Positions 27,428 to 32,000 of a DNA stretch of 32,000 nt are shown here, one piece after another. The number at the start of each line of letters is the position of its first letter. Position 1 is the first letter of the stretch. The DNA lies in contig NZ_JBHSTI010000002.1 of NCBI RefSeq assembly GCF_042660085.1, positions 300,001 through 332,000 on the forward strand, in the 5' to 3' direction. A program made the position numbers and the translations under genes. The notes beneath the pieces were generated by a model. It was given only the letters and a program-made list of their open reading frames with translations. It was not told the DNA's origin and did no database searches. This stretch comes from Longivirga aurantiaca. Its GTDB lineage: Bacteria; Actinomycetota; Actinomycetes; S36-B12; CAIYMF01.

Positions 27428-27784
27428 ATGGCCTTCACGCAGACCGCCCACGTGGTGCACGCCGTCGCCCTGCCCGACGCCGACCTCACCGAGTCGCCGC
27501 TCGCGCCCGACCAGGTGGTGTCTGGCGCCCCGGAGGTGCGGTTCCTCGCCCTGCACGAGAGCGACGACCTCGCGGTCGGGCTGTGGCAGCACTCGACCGG
27601 CGTGAGCACCGACGTCGAGGCCGACGAGGTCTTCGTCGTGCTGAGCGGTCGAGCCACGATCGAGATCGCGGACGGCCCGACGCTGGAGGTCGGCCCGGGC
27701 GACGTGGGGCTCCTCCCGGCCGGTGCGGTCACCCGCTGGACCATCCACGAGACCCTCCGCAAGGTGTACGTCGTCCGCCCCTAG
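27428..27784 (+). CDS. Cupin domain protein (DUF861/EutQ-like cupin_3)
   Basis: 118 aa. VGLWQHSTG...EADEVFVVLSGRATIE..DG..LEVGPGDVGLLPAGAVTRWTIHETLRKVYV is the typical single-domain cupin_3 pattern. Confidence 0.8.
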   Translation: MAFTQTAHVVHAVALPDADLTESPLAPDQVVSGAPEVRFLALHESDDLAVGLWQHSTGVSTDVEADEVFVVLSGRATIEIADGPTLEVGPGDVGLLPAGAVTRWTIHETLRKVYVVRP

Positions 27785-27883
27785 GAGGGGCTCTGACCTG
27801 CGACGACGCAGCGGCGATCGAGCGCCGCCCGCACTCCGTGCACCCGTGCGGTGGACAGTCGGAGGACCCTTTCCCGGGGTGAA

Positions 27884-27912
27884 TGACACGGGTGGGATTC
27901 GACCCGTAGAGT
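27884..27912 (+). promoter_or_regulatory. Candidate sigma-70-type promoter of the DUF3263 gene
   Basis: TGACAC (27884-27889), N17, TAGAGT (27907-27912). This implies the ATG at 27911 is not used and ATG 27980 (RBS GAGAGGGGA) is the start. Confidence 0.45.
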
Positions 27913-27979
27913 GGCCGCACGCACCCGGGCCGAAGGCGCGCGGGAGCGACCGCAGGACGCACGAGAGGGGACCGCCGCG

Positions 27980-28270
27980 ATGGACGCCGCGCGCGCCGTA
28001 GGGAGCACGCAGAGCCGCGAGGTGCTCTCCGACCGCGACCGCGAGATCCTCGAGTTCGAGCGCCAGTGGTGGAAGTACGCCGGCGCCAAGGAGCAGGCGA
28101 TCCGCGAGCTCTTCGACATGAGCGCCACCCGCTACTACCAGGTGCTCAACACCCTGCTCGACAACCCGGCCGCGCTCGAGGCCGACCCCATGCTCGTCAA
28201 GCGGCTGCGCCGCATGCGCGCCTCGCGCCAGCGCGCCCGGTCCGCCCGGCGTCTCGGCATCGAGCTGTAG
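27980..28270 (+). CDS. DUF3263 domain protein
   Basis: LSDRDREILEFERQWWKYAGAKEQAIRELFDMSATRYYQVLNTLLDNPAALEADPMLVKRLRR is the DUF3263 signature. The listed ORF starts at 27911; the start was revised on promoter/RBS grounds. Confidence 0.8.
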   Translation: MDAARAVGSTQSREVLSDRDREILEFERQWWKYAGAKEQAIRELFDMSATRYYQVLNTLLDNPAALEADPMLVKRLRRMRASRQRARSARRLGIEL

Positions 28271-28303
28271 CTCGGCCCTCGCCCCGGCAACCCGGAGGCT
28301 GCG

Positions 28304-28996
28304 ATGACGACGAACGGCGACGATCCCGGCACAGGCGCACGCCCGCAGCCGGGCACGCCTCCCGACCCCACCCCCTCCGGGCCCGAGGACGTCCTCCCCG
28401 CCCGTCCCCCGGGACGCCGCGCCAAGCCGCCCGTCGAGGGCACGCCGTCCCCCCTCGGCCGGGTCCTGCTCCCCGTGGCCCTGCTCGTGGTCGCCGTCGT
28501 CGCCGTGCTCGCAGCCTGGGGCCGGCTGCAGGCGGACGAGTCCGTGGTGGCCGGCGGCCCGACCAGCCCGGCCGCCAGCCCGACCTCCTCCTCCTCCTCC
28601 TCGCCGTCGCCCTCGTCGTCCTCGCCCACCCCGAAGCCCTCGAAGACCACGACGCCCACCCCGACCCCGTCGGACACGCCGACCGAGAGCCCGAGCCCGA
28701 CCGCGGTCGTCATCGACCGGTCGGTGCCGGTCACGGTGCTCAACGGCACGCGTCGCACGGGGCTCGCGGCCAAGGTCGCGGCCGACCTCAAGTCCAAGGG
28801 CTGGACGGTCGTATCGATCGGCAACTGGCGTGGGGGCGGCGTCGACACCACGACGGTGTTCGTCGACGGACGCGACGACGCCGCCGCCACGATGCGCCGC
28901 GACCTCAAGGCAGCTGACGCCACCGAGGAGCCGATCGGCGCCATGCGGACCAACCGCATCACGGTCGTGATCATGGACGATTACCCGACGAGCTGA
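28304..28996 (+). CDS. LytR C-terminal (LytR_C) domain protein with TM anchor and Ser/Pro/Thr linker
   Basis: TM helix (VLLPVALLVVAVVAVLAAW), a low-complexity linker, then VTVLNGTRRTGLAAKVAADLKSKGWTV...ITVVIMDDY, typical of LytR_C. Conserved pairing with DUF3263. Confidence 0.85.
   Translation: MTTNGDDPGTGARPQPGTPPDPTPSGPEDVLPARPPGRRAKPPVEGTPSPLGRVLLPVALLVVAVVAVLAAWGRLQADESVVAGGPTSPAASPTSSSSSSPSPSSSSPTPKPSKTTTPTPTPSDTPTESPSPTAVVIDRSVPVTVLNGTRRTGLAAKVAADLKSKGWTVVSIGNWRGGGVDTTTVFVDGRDDAAATMRRDLKAADATEEPIGAMRTNRITVVIMDDYPTS
28584..28601. repeat. (CCT)6 trinucleotide repeat inside the LytR_C gene (poly-Ser tract)
   Basis: Direct reading; in frame, encoding SSSSSS. Confidence 0.8.
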
Positions 28997-29000
28997 GGCC

Positions 29001-29432
29001 TCACGTGGTGCCGCGGCGTCGCGCGCTGCGCAGCGGGCGCTCGGTGTAGCCGCCGTCGGCCAATCCGGCCCGTCGCTCGAACACGTTGCGGCTGAAGTGA
29101 TCCCCGGTGCGGGCGTAGGACCACGCGACGGCGACCAGGTAGAGCGGCAGGAAGACAAGGACGCACCAGGCCCACTGCGTCGCGTGCCGGCCCTCGTGCC
29201 GCAGCAGCTCGTCGGTCACGTGGTCGGTGCGCAGGATGACGACGTTGCCGACGGTCACCGCGCGCGCCTTCGGGAAGGTGCCCGTTGCGCCCCGGCCGAG
29301 CACCAGGCCGTGAGGGCCCTTCTCGAGCCGCGCGCCCTCGCTCTTGGCGAGCAGGAGGCCGGCGAGGGTCGAGAAGTTGAGCGCGTTGACCAGCCGACGC
29401 AGCCGGTACCCGGGTGCGATCGGCTCAGCCAT
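29001..29432 (-). CDS. Hypothetical membrane-associated protein with HExxH motif (143 aa)
   Basis: ATG at 29432 overlaps the gpgS 3' end by 8 nt. LLRHEGRHATQW contains HEGRH and is followed by a TM helix (AWCVLVFLPLYLVAVAW). No family was confidently recognised. Confidence 0.7.
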   Translation of the reverse strand: MAEPIAPGYRLRRLVNALNFSTLAGLLLAKSEGARLEKGPHGLVLGRGATGTFPKARAVTVGNVVILRTDHVTDELLRHEGRHATQWAWCVLVFLPLYLVAVAWSYARTGDHFSRNVFERRAGLADGGYTERPLRSARRRGTT

Positions 29433-30399
29433 GGACCGAGGGCGCGCGCACCGACGCCATCGGAGGCATCTCGACGCCGGCCACTGGGTGCTCGGTGACG
29501 GAGAACCCGGAGGCACCACGGTCGAACTGCAGCAGCGAGGCGGAGACGTCGGCCGCGAGAGAGAGGTCGCCGCGACGGCGCAGCCGCTCGGTCGCCGCCC
29601 GCATGATCTCCGCCGCCATGACGCCGAGGAACCGCTCCTCGTGGTGGCGGTGCACGCGGACGCCGAGGTCGACCTGCGCGATGGCGTCGAGACCGAGCCG
29701 TTCGTAGGTGTCGACGAGGAGCGCGATCTCCACGCCGTAGCCGCAGGGGAACGGCAGCGACTCGAGCAGCGGGCGTCGGGCGGCGTACTCCCCGGCCAGC
29801 GGCTGCACCACCCCTGCGAGCTCGGGCCAGAGCAGGTTCAGCAGCGGCCGCGCGACGAGCTCGGTGACGCGCCCTCCGCCTGCCGGGACGACGGTCGCGC
29901 CCTCGACCAGGGGCCGCTCGTACACGGCCTTGACCAGGTGCACGGAGTCGTCGGTGAGGAGAGGCCCGAGCAGCCCTGTGACGTACGACGGTGTGAACGA
30001 CTGGAGGTCGGCGTCGACGAACACCACGATGTCGCCCGTCGTGACGGCGAGGGATCGCCACATGGCCTCGCCCTTGCCGCCGCTGCCCGTGTGCTCCGGC
30101 AGGATCTCGGCGCGCTGCACGACGCGTGCACCCGCCGCCGCGGCGATCTCGGCGGTCCGGTCGCTGGAGCCGCCGTCGATCACGACGAGCTCGTCGACCA
30201 GGCGTCGGTGCTCGGGCGCGGCCGCCCCGAACGAGCGGTGCACGATCTCGACGATCCGGCCGACCGTGGGCTCCTCGTTGAGCGCGGGGAGCACGACGCT
30301 CACCGTGGTCGGGCCCTTCACGGTCGCGAGGAGGTCGACCGGCCAGTCCGAGGCCGTGGTCGTGCGACGCTCGAACCAGGCTGCGACGTCCTCGCGCAC
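29425..30399 (-). CDS. gpgS: Glucosyl-3-phosphoglycerate synthase (GT81)
   Basis: VSVVLPALNEE...VIDGGSSDRT...GKGEAMW...VFVDADL...RVTELVARPLL...PLAGEYA matches the GpgS family pattern. 324 aa. Confidence 0.88.
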   Translation of the reverse strand: MREDVAAWFERRTTTASDWPVDLLATVKGPTTVSVVLPALNEEPTVGRIVEIVHRSFGAAAPEHRRLVDELVVIDGGSSDRTAEIAAAAGARVVQRAEILPEHTGSGGKGEAMWRSLAVTTGDIVVFVDADLQSFTPSYVTGLLGPLLTDDSVHLVKAVYERPLVEGATVVPAGGGRVTELVARPLLNLLWPELAGVVQPLAGEYAARRPLLESLPFPCGYGVEIALLVDTYERLGLDAIAQVDLGVRVHRHHEERFLGVMAAEIMRAATERLRRRGDLSLAADVSASLLQFDRGASGFSVTEHPVAGVEMPPMASVRAPSVHG

Positions 30400-30552
30400 G
30401 GCTCTCCTTCATCTCAGCGATGTCTCACGATCCGGACCTGCGTCGTCCCGAGGGGCGGGACTCCCGTACAGTCTTGCGCACGGAGTGAACGTCGGCCCCC
30501 GGGCCGGGTGTTCCCTCCCGTCGAGGCTTCCGGCCCGGCACAACAGAACATC

Positions 30553-30703
30553 GCTCATCCAGAGGGGCAGAGGGATACGGCCCGATGAAGCCCCGGCAAC
30601 CACCCGGACAACCTCCGAGCGACGTGCAGACGTCGCGCGAGGCCGACCGGAGAAGGTGCCAACTCCGTCCTGTCGGCCGAACGGTCAGGCAGGGAAGATG
30701 AGG
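30553..30703 (+). promoter_or_regulatory. SAM-I (S-box) riboswitch
   Basis: GCTCATCCAGAGGGGCAGAGGGATACGGCCCGATGAAGCCCCGGCAACC...GAAGGTGCCAACTCC...GGGAAGATGAG matches the conserved S-box core: P1 CTCATC/GATGAG, the GAGGGA kink-turn region, GGCCCGATGAAGCCCC and GGTGCCAA. The 3' P1 strand overlaps the GAGGAG SD of the downstream gene. Confidence 0.9.
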
Positions 30704-30717
30704 AGAGAGGCCTCGCC

Positions 30718-32000
30718 ATGTCCACGTCGTTCATCCCCGCGTCCGAGCTGCCGGCCGACGACGCTCCCCCCGCCGCCCCCGACTTCGGTCCGGCCGCGCG
30801 CCTCACCTGTCGTGAGTGCGGCTCCTCCTATGCGCTCGGTGCCGCGTACGCCTGCATCGAGTGCTTCGGCCCGCTCGAGGTCGGCTACGACTACGTCGAC
30901 GTGACGCGCGAGCGCATCGAGTCCGGCCCGCAGAACATGTGGCGCTACGCGTGCCTGCTGCCGGTCGCGTCGTACGCCGGCGACGAGCCCAACCTGAACC
31001 CCGGCATGACGCGCCTCGTGCGCGCCGACAACCTGGCGCGGGCGCTCGGGATGACCGGCACGCTCTGGGTCAAGGACGACAGCGGCAACCCGACGCACTC
31101 GTTCAAGGACCGCGTCGTCGCCGTCGCGCAGAGCGCGGCCCGCCGCCTCGGCCTCGGCACCATCGCGTGCGCCTCCACCGGCAACCTCGCCGGTGCCGTG
31201 GCCGCGGCTGCGGCGCGCGGCGGCCAGAAGTCGGTCGTGGTCATCCCGTCCGACCTCGAGGACGGCAAGGTCGTGACGGCGGCGACGTACGGCGGCACGC
31301 TGCTCGCGGTCAACGGCAGCTACGACGACGTCAACCGCCTCTGCTCCGAGCTCATCGGCGACCCGCTCACCGAGGACTGGGGCTTCGTCAACGTCAACCT
31401 GCGCCCGTACTACGCCGAGGGCTCGAAGACGGTCGGGTACGAGATCGCCGAGCAGCTCGGGTGGCGCCTCCCGCAGCAGGTCATCTCGCCGATCGCGTCG
31501 GGGTCGCTGCTCACCAAGGTGGACAAGGCGTTCCGCGAGTTCGTGCAGCTCGGTCTCGTAGCGGACACGCCGTACCGCGTCTTCGGTGCGCAGGCCACGG
31601 GGTGCTCGCCGGTCTCGGTGGCGTTCCGCGAGGGCCACGACGTCGTGCGCCCGCAGCGGCCGAACACCATCGCCAAGTCGCTCGCGATCGGCAACCCGGC
31701 CGACGGCCCCTACGCGCTCGACGCCGTACGCCGCTCCGGCGGCGCGATCGGCGACGTGAGCGACGCGGAGGTGACCGAGGGCATCCGGCTGCTCGCCGAG
31801 ACCGAGGGCATCTTCGCCGAGACCGCGGGCGGTGTGACCGTGGCCGTGCTGCGCCAGCTGCTCGCCTCCGGCGCTGCCGACCCGGCCGCAGAGACCGTGC
31901 TGCTCAACACCGGAGACGGCCTCAAGACCCTCGACGCCGTCCTCGGCCACGTCGGCCCCACCGCCGTGATCGACGCCGACGTCGACGAGGTCACCCGAGT
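30718..32000 (+). CDS. thrC: Threonine synthase family PLP enzyme with N-terminal zinc ribbon (3' end off window); possibly MetM-type rather than true ThrC
   Basis: Absent from the ORF track because it runs off the edge. ATG 30718 gives MSTSFIP...CRECGSSY...CIECFGPLEV (CxxC..CxxC), then VKDDSGNPTHSFKDRVV (PLP lysine) and ...ACASTGNLAG...NTGDGLK. It stays open to the end of the window. Confidence 0.9.
   Translation, partial: MSTSFIPASELPADDAPPAAPDFGPAARLTCRECGSSYALGAAYACIECFGPLEVGYDYVDVTRERIESGPQNMWRYACLLPVASYAGDEPNLNPGMTRLVRADNLARALGMTGTLWVKDDSGNPTHSFKDRVVAVAQSAARRLGLGTIACASTGNLAGAVAAAAARGGQKSVVVIPSDLEDGKVVTAATYGGTLLAVNGSYDDVNRLCSELIGDPLTEDWGFVNVNLRPYYAEGSKTVGYEIAEQLGWRLPQQVISPIASGSLLTKVDKAFREFVQLGLVADTPYRVFGAQATGCSPVSVAFREGHDVVRPQRPNTIAKSLAIGNPADGPYALDAVRRSGGAIGDVSDAEVTEGIRLLAETEGIFAETAGGVTVAVLRQLLASGAADPAAETVLLNTGDGLKTLDAVLGHVGPTAVIDADVDEVTR

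Noticed and set aside
28991-29004. 10-bp palindrome TGAGGCCTCA containing both convergent stop codons (LytR_C gene and HExxH gene)
   Set aside because: It is too short to act as a terminator and is most simply a coincidence of two stop codons 4 nt apart.

Overview
This is a very GC-rich actinobacterial chromosomal segment; third codon positions are almost all G/C, and gene order resembles Micrococcales or Mycobacterium. Long antisense 'shadow' ORFs are abundant and were ignored. Left to right: a housekeeping block of phoU (partial), senX3-regX3, an LpqE-like lipoprotein, carD, a PIN/TRAM membrane protein, ispD-ispF, an F420/PPOX-like protein and cysS-rlmB. Next come a CPA2 antiporter, a DUF4032 kinase-like protein, msiK, otsB-otsA and kynureninase. 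These are followed by a decayed NlpC/P60 peptidase gene and a TetR repressor with twin palindromic operators and two divergent membrane-protein genes. tRNA-Thr(TGT) is followed by about 7.5 kb of accessory-looking genes: a truncated Pro/Thr-rich beta-helix-like surface protein, an MFS plus kinase-fold pair, a YegP-like protein, a secreted purple-acid-phosphatase-like enzyme preceded by a 47-aa secreted peptide ORF, an EamA transporter, a K+ channel and a cupin. The window ends with DUF3263-LytR_C, an HExxH protein coupled to gpgS, and a SAM-I riboswitch in front of a zinc-ribbon ThrC-like gene that runs off the 3' edge. I saw no CRISPR array, rRNA, IS element, integrase or recognisable defence system, and I cannot point to a convincing novel multi-gene system. 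The most noteworthy observations are two decayed genes flanking the tRNA region, the SAM-riboswitch/ThrC-like pairing, the small secreted peptide ORF, the TetR operator architecture, and GTTCAC/GAACGG repeat clusters at three intergenic sites that may be RegX3/PhoP-type boxes.
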